Assembly (NCBI GenBank): GCA_019247695.1
Contig: JAFBAP010000036.1
Coordinates: 27,086-91,085 of the forward strand
Source: Verrucomicrobiota bacterium
Lineage (GTDB): Bacteria > Verrucomicrobiota > Verrucomicrobiia > Chthoniobacterales > JAFAMB01
Reading direction: 5' to 3'
DNA length: 64,000 nt
Part shown: one piece after another, positions 9,627 through 19,918 of the stretch
Layout: every line of letters starts with the position of its first letter
Position numbering within the stretch: position 1 is the first letter of the stretch
The notes under the pieces: model-generated
Told to the model about the DNA's origin: nothing
The model's input: only the letters and a program-made list of their open reading frames with translations
The model's database searches: none
Made by a program: the position numbers and the translations under genes

Positions 9627-10310
9627 CTACGCCGGCCCAAAAAGCGTTCGCACCTTCTCTGCCACCGCTTCGCCCAGCTTGCGATGGGCCTGTTCGGTCA
9701 GGTGTATCCCGTCCATGCCGTCGGTGGTGATGACTTGTCCGGCATCAAACACCGGCAGGTTGGTTCCGGCTGCGGCGCGTTCCAGAGCCGCCCCGATCGC
9801 AAGGCTTTTTTGATGAGCACCGGCCCACTCTTCCGGGTTGTAAAAGGTTGTTCCGAGGGGTGGGGGAGCGATGGCCAGGACCTGGGGGGAGGGGTAAACG
9901 GTCCGTACGCCGCCCTCGCATTCCTTGACCAGTTGTGCCAGGCGCACCAGGGCCGACGCCACGCCGGACGGTTCACGCTGGAAACGTTTTTTAAGGTCGT
10001 TGGTTCCCAACATGATGATCACCAGGTCGAGCGGCAGATGGCTCGCGAGGACGGCCGGAAGAACCCTGGCGCCGCTCATGGTCGCGCCCCTCAGGGCGTT
10101 GGCCGGCAGATCGATGTCCGGGTCGTCCAGATCCGTGGTGCGCCCGCTCAAAGCTTCCTCGACGATTTCGAAGCGGTCGCCCAGCTTTGCCGAAAGCACC
10201 CCGGGCCAGCGCGTCGCTGCGTCATACCGGGTGGTCAGCTCCATGTCAGGGCGAGGGGTCCATCCCCACGAATTGGAATCGCCAAACACCAGAATCCGCC
10301 GTTTGTCCAT
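9627..10310 (-). CDS. SGNH/GDSL-family hydrolase (arylesterase/lipase-like)
   Basis: 227 aa. It has block I ILVFGDSNSWGW, block III MLGTNDLK and block V DGIHLT (DxxH). Confidence 0.85.
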   Translation of the reverse strand: MDKRRILVFGDSNSWGWTPRPDMELTTRYDAATRWPGVLSAKLGDRFEIVEEALSGRTTDLDDPDIDLPANALRGATMSGARVLPAVLASHLPLDLVIIMLGTNDLKKRFQREPSGVASALVRLAQLVKECEGGVRTVYPSPQVLAIAPPPLGTTFYNPEEWAGAHQKSLAIGAALERAAAGTNLPVFDAGQVITTDGMDGIHLTEQAHRKLGEAVAEKVRTLFGPA

Positions 10311-10448
10311 CGTGCCAGATTCCTAAAGAGGAAATTGCATTGCAAGATTTACCGTCAACCCGGCGCGTCCTGCGGCCGTCCCTACCTTGTCCCTACCTTG
10401 GAGGGGGGGTTATTGAAGGGCTGAAGGTGCACCGGCCATAGGGGCCTT

Positions 10449-11252
10449 TCACGCCAAACCGCCGTTTGCGCCGAGGTTCTGACCTGAGATCCAGCCGGCG
10501 TCGTCGCCGGCCAGGAAACAAACCACTCGCGCGATGTCCTCAGGCTCTCCGATCCGGCCCAGGGCGGCGAGACTGGCCATGCGTTTGATGTCTTCCTCGC
10601 TCTTGCCCGTGGTGAACAGCTCCGTATTGACCGGGCCGGGCGAAACCACGTTCACCGTAATGCCGCGCACACCCACCTCCTTGGCAAAGACGCGGGTCAA
10701 TTGCTCGACGGCGCCTTTCGTGGCCACATAGGCGCTGTAGGTAGGCAGCATCATTCGGGTGGTTGTGCTCGAAAAGTTGATGATACGGCCGCCATCGGCC
10801 AGGCGGGTGGCAGCTTCGCGCAAGGCGTAAAAGACTCCTCTGACGTTGATGCCGAGGAGGCGTTCGAATTCCTCATCGGTGATCTCGGCTAATCTCTTGT
10901 AAAGGATGACGCCGGCGTTATTAACCAGGATGTCGAGCCTGCCGAAGCGGTCGATCGCGGCGTCGAAAAGGCGTTTGACGTCGGCAGCTTTGCTGACGTC
11001 ACCCTGCACGGCCAGTCCTTCGCTGCCGGAAGCGCGAACGGCGGCGACGACCTGCTCGGCGGCTGGGGCGTTACCTGCGTAGTTGACGACGACCTTGGCC
11101 CCGGCGTCAGCGAGTTGTTTGGCGATGGCGGCGCCGATGCCGCGGGAAGCACCGGTAACGAGAGCAACTTTGTTCTCCAGGGTTTTCACAGGGGCAGCTT
11201 CGCCCTGCCGCCTGCATCTCTTCAATGGGTCTTTTGGCGCCGTCTGAAGCAT
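10449..11252 (-). CDS. SDR-family oxidoreductase (FabG-like)
   Basis: It has KVALVTGASRGIGAAIA, NNAGV and YVATKGAVEQLTR (YxxxK). The true start may be GTG at 11189 (VKTLENKVALV) rather than ATG at 11252. Confidence 0.85.
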   Translation of the reverse strand: MLQTAPKDPLKRCRRQGEAAPVKTLENKVALVTGASRGIGAAIAKQLADAGAKVVVNYAGNAPAAEQVVAAVRASGSEGLAVQGDVSKAADVKRLFDAAIDRFGRLDILVNNAGVILYKRLAEITDEEFERLLGINVRGVFYALREAATRLADGGRIINFSSTTTRMMLPTYSAYVATKGAVEQLTRVFAKEVGVRGITVNVVSPGPVNTELFTTGKSEEDIKRMASLAALGRIGEPEDIARVVCFLAGDDAGWISGQNLGANGGLA

Positions 11253-11313
11253 CGCGCGGAGAGGTCCGGTAACGGGGGTTCCGAATGGCTCATGGCCCGA
11301 CGGGAACGTTCGG

Positions 11314-12369
11314 TCAGACCGCCTCAGCGATGGCTTTGCCTACCTCCTCCGTTGAGGCCTCGCCGCCGATGTCGCGGGTACGGGGACCCTGCTCGAGGAC
11401 CTTTTCAATCGCACGAATCACCGCGGCCGCGGCGTCCGGTTCACCTAAGTGTTCCAGCATCATCGCTCCCGACCAGATCTGGCCGATCGGGTTGGCGATC
11501 TGCCGGCCCGCAATGTCAGGCGCTGAACCGTGTACCGGTTCGAACATCGAAGGATAATTGCGCTCCGGGTTCAGGTTGGCCGAGGGCGCGATCCCGATGG
11601 TCCCGGCGCACGCCGGACCGAGATCGGACAGGATGTCGCCAAACAGGTTGGACCCGACGACCACGTCGAACCAATCCGGGTGTTGGACGAAATGGGCGGC
11701 GAGAATGTCGATATGGTATTGGCTCGTCTTCACTTCCGGATAGCTGGCCGCGATCGCCCGGAAGCGTTCGTCCCAGAACGGCATGGTGATGGTGATGCCG
11801 TTGGATTTGGTAGCTGAAGTGACATGCCGGCGCGGCCGAGTCCGAGCGAGCCTGAAGGCGTACTGCAGGATGCGGTCCACACCTCGGCGGGTGAAGACCG
11901 ATTCCTGCGAGACCACTTCAAAATCCGTTCCTTCGTAGAGGCGGCCGCCGATGGAGGAATACTCCCCCTCGTTGTTTTCACGCACGATGATGAAATCGAT
12001 GTCGCCCTGCTTGCGGTCTCGCAACGGCGAACGGATGCCCGGCATCAAACGCACAGGTCGTACGTTGGCGTACTGTTCGAACCGGCGCCGGATCGGGATC
12101 AGCAATCCCCAAAGTGAGACGTGGTCCGGCACCCCGGGAAAACCGACCGCCCCTAAAAAGATTGCGTCAAGATGGCGGAGTTGCTCCAACCCGTCATCAG
12201 GCATCATCCTACCATTTTCCTGGTAATATTGGCAGCTCCAGGGAAAGAATTGCCAATCGAAGGTAAAGCCGCCCTTTTTGGCGGCGGCGTCTAACACATG
12301 GATGCCGGCCGGCACGACTTCCTGCCCAATGCCGTCACCGGGAATAGTGGCGATCCGGTAAGTTTTCAT
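11314..12369 (-). CDS. Tartrate dehydrogenase/decarboxylase / D-malate dehydrogenase (isopropylmalate dehydrogenase family)
   Basis: MKTYRIATIPGDGIGQEV.., SNLFGDILSDLG and WSGAMMLEHLG fit the family. The start is placed at ATG 12369 (M36 of the track ORF), where the conserved N-terminus begins. Confidence 0.85.
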   Translation of the reverse strand: MKTYRIATIPGDGIGQEVVPAGIHVLDAAAKKGGFTFDWQFFPWSCQYYQENGRMMPDDGLEQLRHLDAIFLGAVGFPGVPDHVSLWGLLIPIRRRFEQYANVRPVRLMPGIRSPLRDRKQGDIDFIIVRENNEGEYSSIGGRLYEGTDFEVVSQESVFTRRGVDRILQYAFRLARTRPRRHVTSATKSNGITITMPFWDERFRAIAASYPEVKTSQYHIDILAAHFVQHPDWFDVVVGSNLFGDILSDLGPACAGTIGIAPSANLNPERNYPSMFEPVHGSAPDIAGRQIANPIGQIWSGAMMLEHLGEPDAAAAVIRAIEKVLEQGPRTRDIGGEASTEEVGKAIAEAV

Positions 12370-12458
12370 CGCTGAATAAGCATCACTATTTTTCGGCGTG
12401 CTCGCATCCCAAAGGTTCCTCGGGCGAGAAAAATTGTCCGGTCGAATCGTGCAAAACG

Positions 12459-12818
12459 GTGCGAACTGTTTCACGACGCCTTAACCGGAGCTACGACGCC
12501 ATGGAACCTGACGAATCCCGCCTGTCCGCCCGGGAGCGGCTCGCCAAAGACGCCCAGAGAGAAGCGACCCTGCTCCGAAACATCCTGCACTTTTCGTTTT
12601 GGACGCTGGCCGCCCTCATCCCGACCACCGTCCTCCTGCTCGTGGACATGCCCCTGGTTGCGCGCATCATCATGGCCGCCCTTTGCATCGTGTGCTGGGC
12701 GTTCGCGCTGGGCGGCATGTTCCGGCTGACCGGCTTGCTGGACGCGGGAAGCCGTCCGGTTTCGCTTAACCCGTTCCATGCCGGAAAGCAGGGCACCAAG
12801 GACAACACGCGAACATAA
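12459..12818 (+). CDS. Hypothetical small membrane protein (2 predicted TM segments)
   Basis: It has two hydrophobic stretches (FWTLAALIPTTVLLLV, ARIIMAALCIVCWAFALGGMF). I recognise no family. Competing Arg-rich ORFs on the opposite strand look spurious. The start may be M15 (12501). Confidence 0.35.
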   Translation: MRTVSRRLNRSYDAMEPDESRLSARERLAKDAQREATLLRNILHFSFWTLAALIPTTVLLLVDMPLVARIIMAALCIVCWAFALGGMFRLTGLLDAGSRPVSLNPFHAGKQGTKDNTRT

Positions 12819-12941
12819 AAACCGGGCGGCGCATTGGCGGCATTTTCTGCCGTGGCATTTCGCCGGTGATCGTTTAAAAAGGGACTCAACCAATGAGCAC
12901 ACGATTCAAGATCCCTGGACAAGAAGGGAAGGGCAAACGCC

Positions 12942-13310
12942 ATGGCTAGCATCGTATGGTTTGAAATCCCGGCCGATGACGTCGAACGCGCCAAAGCCTT
13001 CTACGGCGCATTGTTCGGCTGGAAAATTGAGAAGCTTCCCGGCCAGATGGAGTACTGGCACATCGACACCGGCGGCAGCGAAGGCAGTCCCGACGGCGGC
13101 CTGATGAGGCGCCCGCACCCACAAATGATGGGCATCACGAATTACATCAGCGTCGAGTCGGTGGAGAAATCCGCAGCGAAGGTGGAGGAACTCGGGGGCA
13201 AAGTCTTCGTACCCAAGACGGCAGTGCCGCAGATGGGTTACTTTGTGATCTGCCAGGACCCGGAGCACAACACCTTCGCCCTCTGGGAACCGAGCGAGAA
13301 CGCCCGATAA
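12942..13310 (+). CDS. VOC-family (glyoxalase/bleomycin-resistance fold) protein
   Basis: 122 aa. WFEIPADDVERAKAFYGALFGWK..GG..YF.DPEHNTFALWE is the typical single-domain VOC pattern. A purine-rich stretch (gaagggaaggg) precedes the ATG. Confidence 0.8.
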   Translation: MASIVWFEIPADDVERAKAFYGALFGWKIEKLPGQMEYWHIDTGGSEGSPDGGLMRRPHPQMMGITNYISVESVEKSAAKVEELGGKVFVPKTAVPQMGYFVICQDPEHNTFALWEPSENAR

Positions 13311-13392
13311 AAGGCATCCTTCGCGCACCCGTGAACCGGTGGTTTACGGTTCAGCCGCTGAGTTGGAGATCGACGCGTTCCCGGGATCAGGT

Positions 13393-14445
13393 TTACCTGC
13401 TGCAGGTTGTGACAACATTGATAGGTTTGCCGTCCAGGAAGGCGCGAACATTCTCCGCCGTCGTACGGTTGATTCGGTCCACCCCTTCAAAGCTGTTGAA
13501 CCCGATGTGAGGTGTAAAAACGACGTTTGGTCTGGATATCAGCACCTTATTTCGCATCATCTGCTGAAGTTCCTGGATCCGGTTCGGGTGCTTAAGGCGG
13601 TGTTCCTCGGGTGAGAGTCCCGCGTGGAGTTCCTCGAGAATCAACTCGGTAACGTTCAGGTTCGGCGGGCGGTCTGTGGCGAGTTCACCTTCCAGAACGT
13701 CCAGACCCGCCCCGCCCACCTGACCGGCTTCAAGGGCGGCGATCAATGCCTCCGTGTCGATGAGACTTCCGCGTGCCGTATTGATGATCAGCACGCCCGG
13801 GATGCACCTCGACAACCTGTCCCGGTCGAGCAGGTGGAAGTTATCAGGTCGAAGCGGACAGTGAAGGGTGATGATGTGCGCCTGCGCGAGCAGATCCTCG
13901 AGCGTCGTGTATGCAAACCCGAGGAGGTCGGCCAGATGGGTATTCGGGACGGTGTCGCAGGCCAGCACCCGCATACCGAAGCCATTGGCTAACCGGATAA
14001 CGTGCGAGCCGATCCGCCCGGTACCGATTACGCCGATCGTTTTGCCTTTCAGGTCAAAACCCCGAAGCGCCTCCGCCGACGAGCGGTTCTGCACCGCGAG
14101 GCTCGCGTCACGCAAGCGGCGGGATAAGGCGAGAATCAGCGCAAAAGTATGTTCCGCGACCGTATTTGCGCCGTAGGCAGGTACGTTTGCAACCGTTACG
14201 CCGCGTTGGCGGCACAATTCGACGTCGATGTGATCCCAGCCGGCCGAACGCGTGCATACGAGGCGCAGCAGCGGATGGCCGTCGAGAAACTCTGAATGCA
14301 CCCGATCGTATATGAAAGGTGACAGAATTTCCGCCTCGGCCGACACCGCGGTCGTTGAGCTGACAAATTCGAGATCATGGTCACGCAACGCATCCTGAAA
14401 GAAGGTTTCATCGCCGCTGCCGGCACTCACAAAGGAAATTTTCAT
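13393..14445 (-). CDS. D-isomer-specific 2-hydroxyacid dehydrogenase (NAD-binding)
   Basis: It has GKTIGVIGTGRIGSHV (GxGxxG), NTARGSLID and TPHIGFNS motifs. The start is placed at ATG 14445 (MKISFVS). Confidence 0.85.
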   Translation of the reverse strand: MKISFVSAGSGDETFFQDALRDHDLEFVSSTTAVSAEAEILSPFIYDRVHSEFLDGHPLLRLVCTRSAGWDHIDVELCRQRGVTVANVPAYGANTVAEHTFALILALSRRLRDASLAVQNRSSAEALRGFDLKGKTIGVIGTGRIGSHVIRLANGFGMRVLACDTVPNTHLADLLGFAYTTLEDLLAQAHIITLHCPLRPDNFHLLDRDRLSRCIPGVLIINTARGSLIDTEALIAALEAGQVGGAGLDVLEGELATDRPPNLNVTELILEELHAGLSPEEHRLKHPNRIQELQQMMRNKVLISRPNVVFTPHIGFNSFEGVDRINRTTAENVRAFLDGKPINVVTTCSR

Positions 14446-14568
14446 CACCGCGCCTTTGGCCTCAAACATGGGTGAAGATCCCGCGCGGCGCACGGCCAAA
14501 ACGTTGCCGCCCTGAGCCATACTCACAGTGGGATCGCCGCGCCCGCCTGTGTTATAGGATAGGCCGAC

Positions 14569-16878
14569 ATGGGTGAATTCGGTCTGGTTGAGGACTTGGC
14601 GATCGTGACGCTGGTCGCCGGAGTGGCGGGATTTCTCTGCCAGCGAATCGGGCTGTCCAGCATCGTCGGGTTCCTGCTCGCCGGGTTAGTGGTCGGTCCG
14701 CACACACCACCTGTTGCGCTGATCTCTGATCAGGCTCGGATCGAGACCTTATCCCAGCTGGGTCTGGTTTTTCTGATGTTCTCGATCGGTCTCGAGTTGA
14801 GCCTCGGAAAATTGCGCAGGATGGGCCTGGGGCTGGTTCTCGCGGTGGCTCTCGGGGCGACGCTGGTTTTCAACGTGGTTCGCTTCGTCTGTCCCTTTAT
14901 CGGGGTGGGCCCTGCGCAGGCGCTGTTCGTGGCGGGCATGCTGATGGCTTCCAGCTCTGCGATCATCGGTAAAATCCTGCCGGAAACCGGATTGATCCAT
15001 CAACGGGCGGGTAATCTTGCGATGAGCATCACGGTTCTGGAGGACCTGGTGGCCGTAGTCATGCTGACCTTCATTTCCTCCATCGTCCAGATCCATCGCG
15101 GTCCGCAGGCGGATATCGGCCGGATCCTGGGGGTCCTGCTGGCTTTTGTTGCCGTGATCGTTGTGCTTGGATTACTGCTGCTTCCCCGGGTTCTCCGCCG
15201 CCTGGATCGAGCCGGAACCGATCTGCTGACCATTACCGTTGCAGGCCTGGTGCTTGGGATCGCGGTGATCGCGGTCAAGATCGGGTATTCGCTGGCCCTC
15301 GGCGCATTTCTGCTGGGCGCAATCATCGCCGAAACGCCGCAGCGCCCGGCCGTCGAGCGGGCGATGCAAGGGATGCGGGACGTTTTTATCGCCGTCTTTT
15401 TCGTCTCGATCGGGATGTTGCTGGACCCGGCGCTCCTGGTGAAGGATTGGGGCCTGATCTTGTCCTTGGGGCTGATGGCGATCGTGGTCCGCACGCTCGC
15501 AATCAGTGCGGCCCTGATGTTTACCGGAACCCCGGATTGGGATGCGATCCGGGCCGGTCTGATGGTGACGCCGATCGGTGAGTTCGCATTTATCATCGCG
15601 CAGGTGGGGGTCTCGGCGCGGTTGCTCTCGGCCGATTACTACCCCATCGCGGTCGGGATCGCATTGTTCACCGCCGTCGTTTCACCCATCTTGATCCAAC
15701 GTTCCGCCCAAATCAGCAACGTCGTGGTCAATTGTGAGCCGAACTTTCTTCGGGAATTCCTGACGGTTTACCAGGAATTCCTGGCCTCGGCAGGTGAGCA
15801 TCAGCACCGGAGCCGGGCGTTCGGGTTGGCGCGGCAAAAACTTCCCCCGCTCCTGGTCAGCGTTACCTTTGTGTCCGGCATTCTGGTGTTTGCACCGTTG
15901 CTCCTCCGCCAATGGGATGCGTCGTTTCCGGGCAACGCTGCCGCCTGGCGGGATCACCTGTTCTGGGCCCTGGTTGGCGTTGCCACGACCGGCCCGCTCC
16001 TTGGGGTTTGGCGGAGACTGGCCGAATTTCTCCTCGCGCTGACGGACCTGGTGTTTGCTGCTGAACACTGGACGCGGTCGCACTTCCTGGACGTTTGTCT
16101 GGAACTGCTGGGCGCGGTTTTAGTCTTTGCGTGGGTCTGGCTTCTCCGGCCGGCGGCCAAGGATACTGCGTACCTCTTCGGCGGGATCCTGGCAGCGGCC
16201 ATTGTTTACATCGTCGTGTTCGGCAAACGGCTGATGACCGTGCATCATCAGATCGACTCGCAACTTGCCGAGGCTATTCTCTCAGCCGAGGAGCGGCGTC
16301 AGCAGAGTCACGAACATTGGCTGAAGGAGCACCAGGAATGGGAATTAACCCTCAGCGAAATCCGGGTACCGGATTCAGAGGCCTGGTTTGACAAGACGTT
16401 GGGAGACCTGGTCCTGCGCAGCCGATTCGGCTGCTCGGTAATCGGGGTTGAGAGACACGGTTACCCGGTGCCCGGGCCGGGTCCCGACACGGCCATCTTC
16501 CCGAATGACGTGCTTTTGGTGCTCGGAACCAAGGCACAGATCCAGCATGTGCGCGCATTCTTCGACAGCGGCCCGACCAATACCGAGAAATCCAACATCC
16601 TCGACGAGATTCGGCTTGAATCGGTCGAGGTTCTCGAGCAGAGCCGGCTCGCCGGAAACGCCTTGGCGGAACTCGAGATTCCACGGCACACCGGCGTGCA
16701 GATCGTGGGGGTATCCCGGGGAGAACACCGGATTCTTTTTCCCGGGCCTTTTCAGGTGCTACTACCCGGCGACTGGCTTCTGGTGGTAGGGACGAGAGAC
16801 CAGATCCACCGGTTCCGTGAATGGATCAGAGGACCCGCGTCCGGCGCCGAAGGGCACGAATTAAAAGTCGGCGTCTGA
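14569..16878 (+). CDS. CPA2-family cation:proton antiporter with two C-terminal RCK_C (TrkA-C) domains
   Basis: 769 aa. The N-terminus LAIVTLVAGVAGFLCQRIGLSSIVGFLLAGLVVGPHTP is typical of Kef/YbaL-type exchangers, with more than 12 hydrophobic segments. Two tandem approximately 70-aa repeats (GDLVLRSRFGCSVIGVER..VLLVLG and LAELEIPRHTGVQIVGVSR..WLLVVG) fit RCK_C. Confidence 0.85.
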   Translation: MGEFGLVEDLAIVTLVAGVAGFLCQRIGLSSIVGFLLAGLVVGPHTPPVALISDQARIETLSQLGLVFLMFSIGLELSLGKLRRMGLGLVLAVALGATLVFNVVRFVCPFIGVGPAQALFVAGMLMASSSAIIGKILPETGLIHQRAGNLAMSITVLEDLVAVVMLTFISSIVQIHRGPQADIGRILGVLLAFVAVIVVLGLLLLPRVLRRLDRAGTDLLTITVAGLVLGIAVIAVKIGYSLALGAFLLGAIIAETPQRPAVERAMQGMRDVFIAVFFVSIGMLLDPALLVKDWGLILSLGLMAIVVRTLAISAALMFTGTPDWDAIRAGLMVTPIGEFAFIIAQVGVSARLLSADYYPIAVGIALFTAVVSPILIQRSAQISNVVVNCEPNFLREFLTVYQEFLASAGEHQHRSRAFGLARQKLPPLLVSVTFVSGILVFAPLLLRQWDASFPGNAAAWRDHLFWALVGVATTGPLLGVWRRLAEFLLALTDLVFAAEHWTRSHFLDVCLELLGAVLVFAWVWLLRPAAKDTAYLFGGILAAAIVYIVVFGKRLMTVHHQIDSQLAEAILSAEERRQQSHEHWLKEHQEWELTLSEIRVPDSEAWFDKTLGDLVLRSRFGCSVIGVERHGYPVPGPGPDTAIFPNDVLLVLGTKAQIQHVRAFFDSGPTNTEKSNILDEIRLESVEVLEQSRLAGNALAELEIPRHTGVQIVGVSRGEHRILFPGPFQVLLPGDWLLVVGTRDQIHRFREWIRGPASGAEGHELKVGV

Positions 16879-16937
16879 CGGCGGCAAGAGCCACCTGTGA
16901 TGACGCGCTGCAGGTCCGGCGCTGTCGGTTCTGTCTT

Positions 16938-18413
16938 CTATCTCCATCCCAGAACGTTGAAAAAGAAGGCCAGCAGCCCCGCAAACAACGTGGCCCCCAG
17001 AAACAGGCAGACCGGCAAGGTCAACACCCAGGCCAGGACGATGTTGCGCAGCGTCTTCTTTTGCAGGCCGGAATGGTTTGCAGCCATCGTACCGGCGATG
17101 CCGGAGGACAACACGTGCGTGGTGCTGACCGGTAACCCCAGATGATCAGCCATCAAAATGGTCACGGCGGTGGTCAGCTCTGCCGAGGCGCCCTGGGCGT
17201 AGGCAAGGTGAGTCTTGCCGATCCTCTCTGCAACGGTCACCACGATCCGTTTCCAGCCGATCATCGTCCCCAGCCCGAGGGCTAGCGCCACCACGGCTTT
17301 GATGTAGACCGGGATGTATTCGACCGCCTTTTTCAACTCGGCTTGGAGGCCCTTGTAGTCAGGCCCGGCGATTCGCTTTTCTTTCTCCAGCTTCTTCAAA
17401 CCTTCGTTGATGAGGTAGGCGCTGCGGCGTTGCTCCTGACGATCCGGCGCAGACACCTGTTCCACGGAGGATTTGCCGTCCAGTTTCGCCTTGAAATCCT
17501 GCATTTCAGCGACCAGCGCCGGGAAGACGTTTTCGTCAAACGTGCCCCGGGGTCCATCGTAGTGCGTTAAGGCCTGCCGGGCCTGATCCTGCGCGAGGGG
17601 CGGTTTGCCGTCCAGCTTGCCTTGCAGGGACTGGATGCCACGGTCCAGTTCGGCCGTGAGCGCCTTGATGTCATCGCTTTTCAGCGACGGGTTCAAGGCG
17701 AGCGCCGAGGGCAAGGCGACGATGAGCACCAGCATAAAAAGGCCCATCCCTTTTTGCCCGTCATTGGATCCGTGGGCAAAACTCACCCCCGTACAAGTCA
17801 GGATCAAGACCCCGCGCACCCACCACGGCGGCGAGCGCTGGGCGTCGGCCGGTTCGAAAATTTTCGGGCTCTTGACGAAGATGCGCAACCCGAACAGCAG
17901 GACGGCCGCCATGACGAAGCCCAGCACGGGAGAGAGCATTAACGACATAAAGACCTGCCGCACCTGTTCCCAAGGGACTCCCTGGCCCTGGCCCGGATGC
18001 TGCCAGATGTCCACGACGCTCACGCCCAGGATGGAGCCGATCAGCGAATGCGAACTCGAGCAGGGCAGGCCCATGTACCACGTACTGAAATTCCAGATGA
18101 CGGCCGCAGAGAGCAGCGCAAAGAGCGCGGCTGCCCCGGTCCCTGAGGCGACGTTCAGCACCAAGCCCGTCGGAAGAAGCGCCACGATGCTGTAGGCAAC
18201 CGCCCCGGTGGAAAGAAGTACCCCGAGGAAATTGCAAAACCCCGACCAGACAACCGCCGCGGTGGGCGGAAGACTATGCGTGTAGATCACCGTGGCCACG
18301 GCGTTGGCCGTGTCGTGAAAGCCGTTGATAAACTCAAAAAACAGCGCCAGCGCAACCGCGAGCACCGCGAAAATTATGATCCCGCCGTTCAGGTAATCGC
18401 CTGCGATATTCAT
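16938..18413 (-). CDS. Inorganic phosphate transporter, PiT family
   Basis: 491 aa. It has FEFINGFHDTANAVATVIYT and the second-half repeat FAHGSNDGQKGMG, with a large central hydrophilic loop. Confidence 0.9.
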   Translation of the reverse strand: MNIAGDYLNGGIIIFAVLAVALALFFEFINGFHDTANAVATVIYTHSLPPTAAVVWSGFCNFLGVLLSTGAVAYSIVALLPTGLVLNVASGTGAAALFALLSAAVIWNFSTWYMGLPCSSSHSLIGSILGVSVVDIWQHPGQGQGVPWEQVRQVFMSLMLSPVLGFVMAAVLLFGLRIFVKSPKIFEPADAQRSPPWWVRGVLILTCTGVSFAHGSNDGQKGMGLFMLVLIVALPSALALNPSLKSDDIKALTAELDRGIQSLQGKLDGKPPLAQDQARQALTHYDGPRGTFDENVFPALVAEMQDFKAKLDGKSSVEQVSAPDRQEQRRSAYLINEGLKKLEKEKRIAGPDYKGLQAELKKAVEYIPVYIKAVVALALGLGTMIGWKRIVVTVAERIGKTHLAYAQGASAELTTAVTILMADHLGLPVSTTHVLSSGIAGTMAANHSGLQKKTLRNIVLAWVLTLPVCLFLGATLFAGLLAFFFNVLGWR

Positions 18414-18576
18414 GTCCTTGCCGAAAGAGACTTCGCGATTGCGTCGTCAGCAGCATCGTTACTTTTTCGTCACATACCGTTCCGCGCCCCGGTTACACGT
18501 CATGTACACCGTCCGGGGCAGGGCGATGCTCAATTGGCTTTGAGCGGGAACTTTGCCCTGTAGAATTACGGCCGAT

Positions 18577-19047
18577 ATGCCGCGAGTGTTCACGCACACC
18601 TTTTCAGTCCCCGAAGACGCCATTGATGAACTGGGGCACGTCAGCAACCTGAAATACCTCGCGTGGATGCAGGACATCGCCATTCGGCATTCGTCCGCCC
18701 AAGGCTGGCCCGTCGAACGTTACCTTGAGAAGGGCGCCGTTTGGGTGGTACGTTCTCATTTTATCACTTATCTGCGCCCTGCCTTTGCCGGCGAGACGAT
18801 CACGTTGCAAACCTGGGTAGCGGAATTCAAGCAGCGAAGCTCATCACGCCGGTACCGGGTTCGGCGTGATCACGACGGTCGAGTATTGGTCGAGGCTGAA
18901 ACCGTCTGGGTCTATGTGGAGCGCCAAAACGGCCGCCCGTGCAGGATCCCCGACGAGCTGCGTGCCGCCTTCGAGGCCGTCCCGACGGGATCTGACGCCT
19001 CACTGCGCAGTCCAGCCACCGTCGATGATAATGTCCGTCCCGGTTAG
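18577..19047 (+). CDS. Acyl-CoA thioesterase, 4HBT (hot-dog) family
   Basis: DELGHVSNLKYLAWMQD..VWVVRSHFITYLRPAFAGE..RYRV fits the YbgC/4HBT pattern. The start is placed at ATG 18577. The 3' end overlaps the convergent SDR by 48 nt. Confidence 0.75.
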   Translation: MPRVFTHTFSVPEDAIDELGHVSNLKYLAWMQDIAIRHSSAQGWPVERYLEKGAVWVVRSHFITYLRPAFAGETITLQTWVAEFKQRSSSRRYRVRRDHDGRVLVEAETVWVYVERQNGRPCRIPDELRAAFEAVPTGSDASLRSPATVDDNVRPG

Positions 19048-19758
19048 AAAGCCCGCTGCTTCGGAACACAGGTACAAGGCAAGCTGACCAACTTCCTCCA
19101 CACGGCCCCAACGGCCGGCCGGGATTTTCGAGAGGAATTGCTGGTTGAGCTCCGCGTTCTGGATCAACGCAGCGTTTAACTCCGTGGCAAACGGGCCCGG
19201 GCTGATGCCGTTTACGGTGATGCCTTCCGAAGCGAGTTCCAGCGCCAGCGCACGCGTCAATCCGAGCAACGCAGTCTTGCTGGCGGAGTAGGCCGAGCGT
19301 CCCGGAAGTGAAACGTGGCTCATGGTCGACGTCAGATTGATGATTCGGCCGTAACCCCGGCCGATCATGTGGGGCACAAATGACCGGCACATGAGAAAAA
19401 CGCTCGTAAGATTGGTGTCGACAACGCGACGCCACTCTTCGAGGGTGAACTCGACCAGGGACTTCCGGAGATTGATCCCAGCATTGTTGATCAGGATATC
19501 AACCCCTTTGAAAGTTCCTGTCACGTCGCGTTCAAGCCGGCGGACCTGTTCCTCGTCGGCGACATCCGCCTGGAAAACCTGTGCTTTGCCGCCTCCGCTC
19601 TCCACCACTTGTTTCACTCCATTCAACTGCTCAAGGTCTCGTGAGACCAGCGCAATGTTCGCACCCGCCGCACTCAGGGCCAAGGCGATGGCCTTGCCCA
19701 GGCCTTTACTGGCCCCGGTTACAACCGCTACTTTACCGTTCAAATCGTTTTCGTTCAT
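19000..19758 (-). CDS. SDR-family oxidoreductase (gluconate 5-dehydrogenase / KduD-like)
   Basis: 252 aa. It has KVAVVTGASKGLGKAIA, NNAGIN, YSASKTALLGLTR and ITVNGISPG. Confidence 0.9.
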   Translation of the reverse strand: MNENDLNGKVAVVTGASKGLGKAIALALSAAGANIALVSRDLEQLNGVKQVVESGGGKAQVFQADVADEEQVRRLERDVTGTFKGVDILINNAGINLRKSLVEFTLEEWRRVVDTNLTSVFLMCRSFVPHMIGRGYGRIINLTSTMSHVSLPGRSAYSASKTALLGLTRALALELASEGITVNGISPGPFATELNAALIQNAELNQQFLSKIPAGRWGRVEEVGQLALYLCSEAAGFLTGTDIIIDGGWTAQ

Positions 19759-19918
19759 TTCGGTTTCCGAAAGCTGCCGCCGGCAACCTGCCCTGAGTCC
19801 ATCGTTGTAAAAGGGATCTTTTCAACCTTCTGCCCGCCGGTATATACAAACATGCGAAGATATGATTGTACACCTGCGCGGGCGGCGTAATGTCGCTGAC
19901 CGCTTGTTCCCCCTGTAA

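Noticed and set aside
10378-10399. Tandem duplication gtccctacctt x2, and the nearby ttgcattgcaa palindrome, upstream of the SGNH hydrolase
   Set aside because: It is too short (two copies of 11 nt) to distinguish from slippage or chance, with no supporting context.
12471-12994. 143-aa and 167-aa ORFs on the - strand
   Set aside because: They overlap each other, the small membrane-protein ORF and the VOC gene start. Their sequences are Arg/Ala/Ser-rich with no motifs.
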